Assembly: GCF_964355755.1 (NCBI RefSeq)
Contig: NC_092677.1
Location: 13,538,101-13,602,100, forward strand
Reading direction: 5' to 3'
Origin: Antedon mediterranea
Lineage: Eukaryota; Animalia; Echinodermata
Length of the DNA stretch: 64,000 nucleotides
Numbering within the stretch: the stretch's first letter is position 1; the number at the start of each line of letters is the position of its first letter. The position numbers and the translations under genes are program-made. Below the pieces are notes generated by a model. It did no database searches. It worked only from the letters and a program-made list of their open reading frames with translations, and had not been told where the DNA came from. Below are positions 1 to 54,392 of this stretch, piece by piece.

Positions 1-205
1 ATGCTACAAATAAACCTAGCCAGTAGAAGAGGACAGTCAAAGGTGTGACAGGAAAGATATCATCAAGAAAGCATGAAAATCGGTTTAGAAGAACATGATG
101 ACACAGAAAGAAGTGGAAAGATGCTGTAACAGCAGAAAGTGACAGTAATTTAACCCCTCGGAAGAGGGAGAAAATTGACTTTAATAAAAGACGATGTTGA
201 TGATA
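1..205 (+). mobile_element. Decayed 3' end of an RTE-like LINE
   Basis: Degenerate R.RG..K.W.D.I / GL...D..RKKW pattern followed by a short hairpin and a (GAT)n-like tail. Confidence 0.35.
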
Positions 206-234
206 TTTAATTTAATGACATTCTCTATACTTAC

Positions 235-353
235 TATTGGTTCTTCTGGTTTTTGTTTACAAAGGCTGGTTAAGCCTTTCAGTAACGTTGGATTCACCAA
301 CTTTGCTAGGTAATCTTTCGCTGCTTGTCCTGTTGGAATAGGTTCTACTATAC
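235..353 (-). CDS. NME5: NME5 coding exon 4 (119 nt), Dpy-30 motif
   Basis: Acceptor ctttcag|GTATA, AKDYLAKLVNPTLLKGLTSLCKQKPEEPI, donor ATA|GTAAGT. Confidence 0.93.
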
Positions 354-2582
354 CTGAAAGAAAAATTGATAGTTTAAAGTAACGCCAATGGTTCCCATAA
401 AGAAATATGGACGAAAAGAGGTTTAGGTTGATTATTTAGAGGATTTTAGATTTTAAAATTTTGAAGCTGATTTCGTTGGCAGAAAAATACTCAAGCATGA
501 CCCATACCGGAAAAAGATATATTTATAAATCTTCAATAATCAGAATTAGTAGGTGGAGTACTGTACATACTTTCTGGAAACATAAATCTGATTTCTCGTT
601 CAGCTCCGTCGTGGTCGCTGCCATGAACTGCATTTCGTTGATCATCTGTACCGTACAGAGCTCTGATACTGAAAGACAAACAATGTTTAAAAAACGTACA
701 GTAAATGATCATACCCAAATAAAAGCTTTTGAACAAATTGCAATAATAAATGCATTAATATGTAGAAATTTTAGTTTGTAAAACATCTTATAATCTCCCA
801 ATATATTTGTTTACAGTAGGTTACATTTATCGAAAAATGCTTTGTTCTTTTTTTTACATTGGGAATAAAATACGCCGTGGTTAGGATTCCGGCACCGGAA
901 CTCAACTGCCCAGCGTTAGGGGATCCGACACGCTATTGCGCATGCCCAGAGCGAGGTAATCGGCGACTCTATACTTATCAACAACGGGCCAGCGGCGATG
1001 GATCATTTCATAGCTGCGCCACACGGCGAACTAGCCTAGTAGATGCCTACTAATATGGGATCCACTAATCTAGAGGCTAGGGCTACCAGTTAGACGTGAC
1101 CAGTGGGCCTATAGTATTTATTTTGTAATTAAAAAGTGGTTGCTTCATTCATATATAAACTTCATATCATTATGAATTATATAATTACATGACTAGTACA
1201 GACTAGTTTTATGATTTTTCATAACGCATTATGTGTACATAACAACATGCAATCGCAAGTTGATTTGTTGACGGCAGCCACCGCGTGGATGTGAAAAAAC
1301 TGTTCGGGAAGTCAGGGTCGCAACGCTAAAAACAGCATTACGATTCTTATCTTAGATAGATATACTGATACTTATTAATATCATTATAATTATTTTAACG
1401 CGTGGCGTAGTCGTATTTTTAATTATTAATTCATATATGGCATAGGCCAAGTTTCATCCATCGCTCTCTCGCTCGCGCAACGACTATCTAGGCTACAGTA
1501 AATCCCTATAACACTTCGACTCTCCGTGGTGTGGTACGTGGTGGTGTGGCACTATTAGTGTAAACTATAATTCACTTCCCAGAGCTCTGGGCATGCGCAA
1601 TAGCGTGTCGGATTCCCTAACGGTGGGAAGTTGAGTTCCGGTGCCGGAATCCTAACCACGGCGAATAAAATAAGCTTTCATAGAAATCTGATTCATTGAG
1701 TTTAAACTGCAGTTTTTGAATCAATATTACTTTTTTCTAAATATTTTTCTCGGGACATGTTTGATATAAAATTATGGACACTCCTAAAAAGAAATGTTCA
1801 CGAAAAGAATGTAGGAGATCAACGTGGACACATTGTTGGGTCCCAACGAAGGCCTCTTTATAAATAGCCTATCTTTACCTATCTGGGTGGGTTTCTCTGG
1901 CTCTAAAACAGTTTGGAGGTCCAATCAACTCTCGCCAATACTCTACAGCATTTTCTCTTGCTAGAACCATTGCAACAATTGGACCACTGCTCATGTATGC
2001 TACAAGGCTTGGGAAGAACATTTTGCCATAATGCTCAGCATAGAAATCACTGGTTTGCTCAGGTGTCAAATGAGCTCTTCTTTTCTATTTATGGATAAAA
2101 AAAGTTAAAAATTATTAATATATTATTAATAATAAAATAATATTATTATATTAGTTAGGCCTAGCCTAGGCCTACTAGACTAGGCCCTAGCTAGGCCTGG
2201 CCCTAGTAGATAGGCCTCTACTAGCTAGCTAGACTAATACAATAAAGGCCTAACCTACTACTGTACTAGCTAGAGACCTAGTACAGTAACAGTCTCATGA
2301 TTCATCATGATCACCATGGCTAGCTAGGCCTAGGCCCTACTAGCCTAGAGGCTAGTCTAGGCCTAGCTAGCTACGTAGGCCAAGGGAGATCCGGCCTAAG
2401 CCCTCTAGCCTCCGTAGAGCTGAGGGAGGTCCTGACTGGCCTGAAAAAACAACATAAAAACAAACCTGTACAATTGTGAATCCAGAACGTTTTATTATCT
2501 CTTCTATGTCTGTTAAACTTTCAATAGCATCTGGTTTAATTATCGCTAATGTTCGCTCAACATATATTTGAGGAGGCTCCAT
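235..2582 (-). CDS. NME5: Nucleoside diphosphate kinase homolog 5 (NME5/RSPH23); spliced CDS 2582-2466, 2084-1879, 668-571, 353-235; last exon lies before the window start
   Basis: Hand-spliced at GT-AG with consistent phases: MEPPQIYVERTLAIIKPDA...SGFTIVQ|KRRAHLTPEQ...GKMFFPSLVAYMSSGP...ETHPDS|IRALYGTDDQRNAVHGSD...EREIRFMFPES|IVEPIPTGQAAKDYL...LCKQKPEEPI. NDK domain followed by a Dpy-30 motif, the architecture typical of NME5. Confidence 0.96.
571..668 (-). CDS. NME5: NME5 coding exon 3 (98 nt), carries the NAVHGSD active-site motif
   Basis: Acceptor ctttcag|TATC, donor GAAA|GTATGT. Confidence 0.95.
873..1663. mobile_element. Non-autonomous Mutator-like (MULE) element in NME5 intron
   Basis: ~80-bp TIRs (CGCCGTGGTTAGGATTCCGGCACCGG...) with 3 mismatches; perfect 9-bp TSD AATAAAATA at 864-872 and 1664-1672. 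Confidence 0.9.
1879..2084 (-). CDS. NME5: NME5 coding exon 2 (206 nt)
   Basis: Acceptor aaatag|AAAAGA, FYAEHYGKMFFPSLVAYMSSGPIVAMVL, donor AG|GTAAAG. Confidence 0.95.
2150..2410. repeat. Low-complexity TAGGCCTA/TAGCTA/TAGACTA tract in NME5 intron 1
   Basis: Concatenated TA-flanked 1-5 nt units seen directly. Confidence 0.85.
2466..2582 (-). CDS. NME5: NME5 coding exon 1 (117 nt)
   Basis: ATG at 2582, ERTLAIIKPDA NDK motif, donor CAG|GTTTG at 2466/2465. Confidence 0.95.
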
Positions 2583-3400
2583 TTTTTGTAAACAATAATC
2601 AAGATTTAAAATCGTTTTACATCAAAATTTGAGTGCTTGTTGGCATGCCGACAATCTACAATATTTATATACCGCGCCCCCAACGGCAAACTTTTTTTTC
2701 ATGGTGAGCAGCATGCAGCGCTAGCTTTGCATGATGATTTATGGATAATGGAGTTAACCATGGAGTAAAGACTATACCTGATGGATGATTCACAAAAGAG
2801 TCCAAATAAAAACACAAATAACCAAAACAAACAAACAAAATAGAGTACTGTAATTCTCTTACAGTTTTTTTGTTTGTTTTAGAAAGTACCCTAGGCCTAC
2901 CTGCAATTTTGTTTTCAAGATGTATTGAAGAAGTATTTGGCTTGTTTTTTGTGTCACACAGCACATAATTACAGTTAGTTAGTGATAATTCATTATTTGC
3001 TAAATGAAAACAGAAAAAACACTTATAGAGCATCATCATGAGGGTAACTATCATGAGCACAGGACTCAGCCAGAAATTTATTACCAAAATTATTGGATAT
3101 ACTGTATGAAATTTAATTTCCTATGTGCTATTGTAATATTCTTTAAATACATGAGAGACGTTTCTAGTAACACAATGCTTTCATTCGTTAGTTAGTTATT
3201 CGACATCATTGTTATCACAATCATTCGTGAGGTCTTCTATACTGAAGCCATGTTTTAGAGGTCTCTTGCCTTATGGGTATCCTACATACTATAGAGGGCG
3301 ACATCATAATATATGGTGCCATCATATAACACTATGTCTGAAAATGTGTTAACGCCCTCTATAATTAATTCTGAACGTAAAAACTCCTCCGCCTTCAACA
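2583..3400. promoter_or_regulatory. Putative bidirectional promoter NME5 / PPP1R16
   Basis: Head-to-head geometry; forkhead core GTAAACA at 2588-2594; X-box-like dyad GTTGGCATGCCGAC at 2639-2652; inverted pair TATAGAGGGCG (3290-3300) / CGCCCTCTATA (3353-3363). Confidence 0.5.
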
Positions 3401-3501
3401 ACAACAACAACACAACGATCAAAGCACGTACCGCTCTGTGTGTGTAGTTAAGTTGACGCTCCTACAGGTTGCAGGAGGCGATGTAAAACATTTTATAAGC
3501 A
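3380..3501 (+). other. Probable non-coding first exon of PPP1R16 (start approximate)
   Basis: CpG-containing segment ending in the donor GCA|GTAAGT at 3501/3502; a matching acceptor exists at 7017 upstream of the ATG. Confidence 0.5.
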
Positions 3502-5224
3502 GTAAGTATCTCAATGTTTGTGTATTATTTTGCATGACCTCATGTGTGTTTTATATACACGATCAATATTATTCTTGTGTGTTTTTTTAAGTTGATAATG
3601 ATATTAATTTAGATCCCGACCACTGCACTGCTACCACTCACTGGAACGCCTATTGATTCCTCGTCCATATCACCTCCAGAAATTCCTCCAGAAGCCTACC
3701 TGCCCTGCCCCGGTGGAATTGTGGAGGCTAAAGTGTGGTTTCATGTAGGCCTAGCCTAGGCCCTGTCTGTGTGGAAGGCCAACTTGTGATGCAGTACTTC
3801 TGTATATACAGTACAATAAAATATATAAGCCTTTTAAACTATTTTAATGCCTGTTTTCCCCCTGGGCCCTTGGCAGTGGTTCTCTGTAAGCTCCCGGGCC
3901 ACTGAGTTTAGCCAGTAAGCGCTTTATAGCTGTTATGCAACTGCCTATATATTTGCATAATTCCTAGGAAAGCTGATTTGGTATTACTTTTCCTAGGTAT
4001 AGAGGCCAAGCTTATAGCTTTATAGGCCCTCATTCAAATAAAAATTGGATGTTCTTTTTACTTTACATGGAGCAAATTAACTGACTTAAATATCTATGCA
4101 CAATTCGTCCATAATTGATTATCTTGCAGTTTTATGAGGCTAATTACCGGTATGAAGAGATGTCATACTGTGAGAATAAAAAGACACTAGTCACTATACT
4201 ATATGTAGGCAAAGTAAAAATATGAAAGCAGGGAATTTTGATTTACTTTGGGCTCTATTTGTACTACTTTGTGATAATCATTGGTTTAAATGAATCAAGT
4301 GTTATTAAAACATTTTTTGTTGAATATGCCAGTTGAATGTCACATAATAGTTATCCACAAATGACCAAACATTTTTAAAAAGAAATTTACAGTATTTACC
4401 TAAAGAACTGTAATTTAGAAGCAAAATGGGGTTTTGGTTGAATTTAATAACCATTTATTTTGCCATTTATAACTGAAACCATTGATTTTTTTCTGTTTTT
4501 TTTTCTACGGAAGTGATTAAAACTACAAAATAATCTATTCAAAGTATGATTTTATTAATCTTTATTTTTCATGTATTTGGGGGACAATACATCTTTAATG
4601 CTTCATTGTTAAAGATTATAATCAGAAAATTGCTTATAGAAAAGAAAATAAGCTGTTCAAATACAGTACAAACTAGATTTGAAAAAAGTAAATTTTTCCT
4701 TGATTCTTTCAGGACAATACTGTATACTGTACCTCCACAAACTACCCCAGACAACTATGTGACTATTAAACCCTACTGCCCATATTGATGGATAATTGCC
4801 TTGGGATAATTGTTATCATAGACTGTGTTTCCACAGCCAAAACAAAAAAAGTGTGCATGATCAGTCATTACCAAACAACCAAGTGCCCAATCACAACACA
4901 ACAATTTGTCCTTCAGGTCAAAGGTTAAAAATTATCGCATTTATCCGATAATTATCCGATTTGAATGAGATAATTATCGGTTAATTTTTTGCGGGTTGAA
5001 ACACGGCCGTAGGGAATAAATTGTTCCAAGTTGGTACAGTATTCCTCCTACAGTAAGGAGATACAATAGCACTGGTGGAATTGTCAACAGTATTCTACTG
5101 TGTAAAGTTGGTTGTCCAGTGGGTACTATAATGTTTAAGTTTGTAAATAAAGCAGTAGGTGTCCATAGTGTTTTTTGATAAACATTACACAAAATTTATT
5201 TCTCAGAGTCTATTTCATTTTCAT

Positions 5225-6235
5225 TCATTTCATTTATCTTTTTATTTCAGAATATCATGGTGACACTGACATAATATTATATCCATAGCAAAAGAGAGAA
5301 AAAAAAAAATCTTAATCTAACAGCTCATAGAACAAAAACAAAGATATGTAAATATATAAAGTCAATGCAACAAAGCATTCCATTGTATGTGCATTCTTGA
5401 CACATTAAGAACGTGGCGATTAATAGCCATGATCAAGGAATTACAACTTGCGTTCACACGATTTTTAAAACTAAAAACAGATTTTCTAATGAACTCATCA
5501 AAGGATGGGACGTCATTTAAGACAAACATCATGCTTGCACTACAATGTCTAGGCTGCTTCAGCAGCAAACGTAAGGCATTGTTAAATGTTATAACATACT
5601 TTCAGTGATCTCAGAGTGCTCTTATTATATCTACACCATAAGGTTGAAAAGTACATGCTGACACAGTAACTCTTAAATAGATAACATTTAGTCTTTTAGT
5701 AGAACATTTTCCAAAATTTCTAAGAGAGTTGGCCCTAATCAAATAGATCGATATTGACGTTTGATGTCACTTTCATCACTTTCATCACATGACCAAGATA
5801 GGTTATTGAATTATCAACGATTAGAGGTGCCCCATTTAAGGTAATATGTGGAACACCTTTGAGGTGCAAGCATTTGGATTTGGTTTCATTAAAAGTAATA
5901 TCATGGTCACTAGCAAAACCTTCACCGAGTCCAATTAGGCTTTGTAAGCCAGTCACTGACGGAGCCAAAAGGACCAAGTCATCGGCAAAGCTTAGGCAAT
6001 TCAGTTTAAGACTGTTCAACAGTTAACGGATCAGTGTACACATTGTAAAGTAGAGGGGACATAACGCCTCCCTGGCGAACCCCATTACGAACAGTGAAAG
6101 AATTGGAAACGGAACTTCCCCACCTGACAACAAATTCCTGATTCCTATACCATGACCGCAGTATCTTAACTACAGGTGAAGGGGTACCCCTGTCAATTAG
6201 GGTCTTGAAAAGTGTCCAGTGTTTCACTTTATCAA
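5225..6235 (-). mobile_element. 5'-truncated, frameshifted CR1/L2-type LINE (reverse transcriptase fragment)
   Basis: ORF pieces GVRQGGVMSPLLYNVY and SFADDLVLLAPS...FNETKSKC; AATAAA + (TGAA)n tail near 5215-5245. Confidence 0.88.
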
Positions 6236-6290
6236 ATTATTAGTTTGAAAATAAAAAACTAACAAATAAAAAATATAAAAAAAACATTTA

Positions 6291-6490
6291 AAGCTCTGTC
6301 CACACTATCAAACTTTGTGACAAAAAATGTGATGTGCCCAATGGTAGTAATATGCCCAAATATGATAGTGATATACCCAGATACTGTATGGTAGTGATAA
6401 TGCCTAAATATGGTACTGATATGCCCAATTATGGTACTGATATGACATCATCGTGTCCATATGGGCATTTTACTTTTCACTTTTTCTATC
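6291..6490 (+). mobile_element. Harbinger-like MITE family A, truncated copy
   Basis: AGCTCTGTC(T/C)ACACTATCAAACT start and internal 21-bp GATATGCCCAAATATGGTAGT repeats shared with the copies at 13983, 33961 and 40984. Confidence 0.75.
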
Positions 6491-7328
6491 CAATTGACAT
6501 TTCTTTTGAGTTTGAGTTGATTGCTCTTGTCTATGTAATGGCTAAGCCTAACCTACTGTACCACTACTACTAGACAAGTGTTTATTTTACGTATAATTTT
6601 CTACTTTTTTATAAACTGTACACCATTTTTAATACGGGTTAGAGCCAATTTTTTCGATAAATCTATAACTATATCTTTGTATCTTTATTTTATAGACAAG
6701 AAAAATACATTTGCACTTGTAGCCAAAGGCTGAATTGCTGCATTTTTTTTACAATAAAAATACAATTAGATTACAACATTGAAATATTAAAATGACATAA
6801 AAAAGTTAAAATTCATGTACTGTATTTAAAAAAACCATCGATATCACAATAAAATTACAACATTGCTTGTAAAACCTGCTTTGGAAGAACACTGACTATA
6901 CAATGTATTTGCTGAAATTAATACAAATATTACTGTGAAATAAAAATTGCTGTATACAATACAATTACTATAAAATTATCATTTAAATATTAATTTTAAG
7001 GTTATTATTTTCAACAGAGTTCTGCCTACTGTATCCTGCCTTAAAGTGGACTTAATATAGAAAGCCATCATGGACATTCTGTAGCTTTCTGTGCGATAGT
7101 TAACCTTTGACCTACATGAACAACCCATAGTCAATCCAAATGCAAACTCATCGTTTCCTTGGGAAATTGGTGTGACACTCATAGCCGTTCTCATTGAGGA
7201 AGTCAGTTCTTTTGAATGTCACCATTGTTGCTGTCAAAAATGCTACATTGAGTTTTCTTAGATCACCCGGTGCTTTTAGGAATTTTACACGGATCTTTAT
7301 TTCACGTTTTATTTCACGTTCAATTATC

Positions 7329-50761
<43,433 letters not shown>

Positions 50762-52514
50762 GGAAAAATAACAGTTGACTTGAACAAGAAATGGATCAAA
50801 TGGTCAATGTAATTTTATTTTATTTGTTTGAAGTTTTAATCTTTTTAAACTGTTTTTAATATTAGGTCCAGTTAAATTTAAATTAACATTTTTTATTTGC
50901 CAAAAAAATTACATAATGCAACAATACAATGCCCGCATAATGTTCTTCATGTTGAATTTCTTGGAATTGTTTTCACTAAAAACTTCACCAAAGTTCATTA
51001 ACATTTATTAAATAATAGTAACAATAATAAATGTAAATAACAATGGTAAAAATAACAACAAAACTTGTTTTCAATAATTGTAAAAAATACAATCTATATG
51101 CAATACCTTTCTTATGTATAAAACATCATCATTAAAACATTCATAGGTAGTAGAAACAAAAATGTTGTCTCACAAGTGATTGATTATTTTAACTGTTGCT
51201 TGTCATTTTGTCAACTCGCTTGTGTTGCGTCTATGTCCTTGCATTGCATTTCTAGTGGCAACAAAGCTTGAGTAGTACCCAAAAGACATGTCCTTTGCGT
51301 ATTTAATCACAAATCATAAGCTTTCATATTGTTGGAATGTTATCAATAAGTATTATTTTGTTGAAGTGTTAATTTAATGTTGTTGGTTTTAACAATTAAA
51401 ATACTGCGCCTGACAACACTTATGAGCTTGTCATCCTCTAAAACAACTAATGATTCTTAATTCCGAGATATTGATGTCTTTCAAATGGAACCTATTAACT
51501 AGGTTGATACCATGGTTACCACACCCTATATCCTATCGGTAACGCCCTTCTTCACTTGAACTTTTATATGTCAACTTTTTACATTAATTACTATTAATGT
51601 CTCAAACATGCATTTTATTTGTTTGGATTTAATTTTTTTGTTATAAAATCTCATTTTAAAATGAATTTATTTTCATTAAATGTTTAAACCGTGCATTGGG
51701 TTTGATACGATTATCAACTTTCACATGCTTATTTATTTGACCAAAAATAGAGTACATTATTATCAGTGTGACCAAAATAGAAAGTAGATTGGCGATTGAG
51801 TAAACAATATGAGATAAGATAAACATAAGATCAATTTAGATTTAACATGTCTTAAGATATTATTAAGTAAAACGTATATTTTTAAAACATATTTTTTTAT
51901 GCTAGAAAGATTAGGTAACCTTTTAACCTAGCAGTCAGTGTAGGCGATCGCATAAACATTTACTTCTCATATTAAAAATTGTTTATAAAATATTGTAATT
52001 ATTGTTTGTAGTATAACATACAATAGTTCCTACAATTTTTGTAGATAAAATTTATATTCTCTCATTCTCCTCAATTGAACAAACTATATACAGTATAAAT
52101 ATATATTGACACAATAACATTGTGTTTAACAAGAGTATATAAACATGTTAATTAAAAACATACTGTACAATGTATATGAAAATACAATAAAAATGAACAT
52201 ATGTTTCATAACCATATTATTTTTCATGAACATAATTGTACTCTATTAACACATATGGTTGACTTTTTATTTTAGCATCATTCAAATAATAAATGAAATG
52301 ACAGTCACATTACTGCAATTTATTTCAAACATTTGTCCATGATCAACCACACATAGCGACGATTTAATTTTATTTGAACGAAACATTCATAAATCATTGT
52401 TTATGGTGACCACACATGGTCAGTTTGACCACATATGGACTAGTATTTGTGACCATATGAGCACACTCTATCACTATCTAGCCTGTTTTCATAGACTTTT
52501 TGATATAATATGTA

Positions 52515-52682
52515 GTTTGAACATAATTTGAACATAATTTGAACATGCTTTGAACATAGTTTGAACATAATTTGAACATGCTTTGAAAATAGTTTAAATG
52601 TAGTCTGAACACTGTAAACATGTTTTGAACATATTCGAACACAGTTTGAACATAGTGTGATCATTGTCTGAACATAATTTTA
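52515..52682. repeat. 11-bp degenerate minisatellite (TTTGAACATAA)
   Basis: Direct repeats. Confidence 0.85.
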
Positions 52683-52961
52683 TCTGTGTCTGTGATCTTT
52701 TGAATATCACAAAGTGTGTATTTTTAAACTATTTTGTTATGCAAAAAAAAGGAAATTGTATAAGTATGTTGCCAATATTGTTAGTACAATGTTTGTTACC
52801 TTTATATATAATGCTGTATGTAAATTTTTTGTTTAAATTTTATGTAATGTACATTCTGAGCATTTATGTTTGTTTACTCTATTCGCAGTTTGACATACAA
52901 TATCTACATACTACTAACATACAAGATCTTTGGTGGCTGGCTGGTTGTTTTTTTTTTAAAC

Positions 52962-53130
52962 TCAGTAAAACCTCTATTAAGGGGACACTTTTAGGACCTA
53001 CCCAAGTGTCCTAATATTGGTATTTGAACCCTTGATAAGGGTTAGTAGTGTTTAAGCACTTATTTTCCATCATTCGTTTTCCATAGCGTCCCCTTAATAA
53101 GGATATCCCAAAGGGAGGGGCTCGACTTTA
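52962..53130. mobile_element. pogo/Tc1-like MITE family B copy
   Basis: CAGTAAAACCTCTATTAAGGGGACAC ... GTCCCCTTAATAAGG...GCTCGACT. Confidence 0.65.
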
Positions 53131-53950
53131 TCAATGCAAGGTAAATTCCAGCATGATTCATTTTCATATCACGTAATTTAATTTCAAAGCATTTCAATGA
53201 TCTGTTTATGTCGGGCTCTATTTTTGCCGAGGTATGTGTTCTTCCACTCCATTTTAGGTCTTGCTTAAACTTTTTAAAAATGATATAATTAAAAAAAAGT
53301 TTTACTCTATAGATAGCTATTTTTATTTATTCTAAAAAGGTCAACAATAAATTAATTGATTTTAATAATAATTTGATAACATTTCTCTCTATACATTCAC
53401 TATGTCAAATGTAATGATTATTTCAGTTTTTTAGTTTTAAATTATTTTCACCTAGTGTGCTAACAGAAATATAGGACACTGAGTTTATGTACATAATTTA
53501 GGTTATTAGTTTATGAAATATGATATAATAATTGGTTGTGGATTAACTATGCAAAATGATATGCTCCCTGTAATATCGTTCTATAAATTTGCAACATAAT
53601 TTTTTCTTGTTATATAAATTGCAATTGTTAATTGTTGGTATTTTAATTGTATAAATTAGGGCAATGCAAATGAATTATTGATTTTCTTATTTATGCTTTA
53701 TTATTCAGTATATATGTATGTTTTTGCAAAGATCATCTATGAGTTATTACATCTATAAAATATATGATTGTGACATTCCTTGGTCACATCGTAGGATAAC
53801 ACGGCAGCAAATGATGCCCTTAGTTTTAAATAAATATCTTACCCTTTCTCCTGGTAGCATGTATTCTTCATTCGAATTTACATTAATTTAATTGTTTTTT
53901 AATAATTGACATATGTGGGCAATCTTTCAAATATATTTTGTAAATCATAA

Positions 53951-54134
53951 AGAACAATTCACACAGACGAGCTAACTTTCCCCACGTAGAACATGACGTG
54001 TCTGTCCTGATTGGATTTTGGATTTCCGCTCAATCGCCCGTAGGCTCCTCGTCGTTTTGTGTATATGGTCATTATATAGATTCTATATTGTTGTTTTCCG
54101 CTTAACATTACCGTTCGTCTGTGTAAATTGACCT
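53951..54134. mobile_element. Harbinger-like MITE
   Basis: TAA|AG..CAATTCACACAGACGA ... TCGTCTGTGTAAATTGACCT|TTA. Confidence 0.6.
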
Positions 54135-54181
54135 TTATGATACTGGTTTTAATATTTGTATTCAGGTAGCCACAACTTCAG

Positions 54182-54392
54182 TACCGCTTGTGATACACAT
54201 GAGATGCTGTATTATGGAATTTGTCTATGATACTGCTGGGTACATTTTCGTCCAGTATCATATGAAAATTCCGTTATCAGCATCACGTGTATTTTACTGT
54301 AACCAAACCTTACATGATACATATACCGCCTGTGATACACATGAGATGCTGTATTATGGAATTTGTCTATGAAACTGGGCACATTTTCGTCC
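54182..54392. repeat. ~142-bp spaced direct duplication
   Basis: TGTGATACACATGAGATGCTGTATTATGGAATTTGTCTATGA at 54189 and 54331. Confidence 0.8.
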
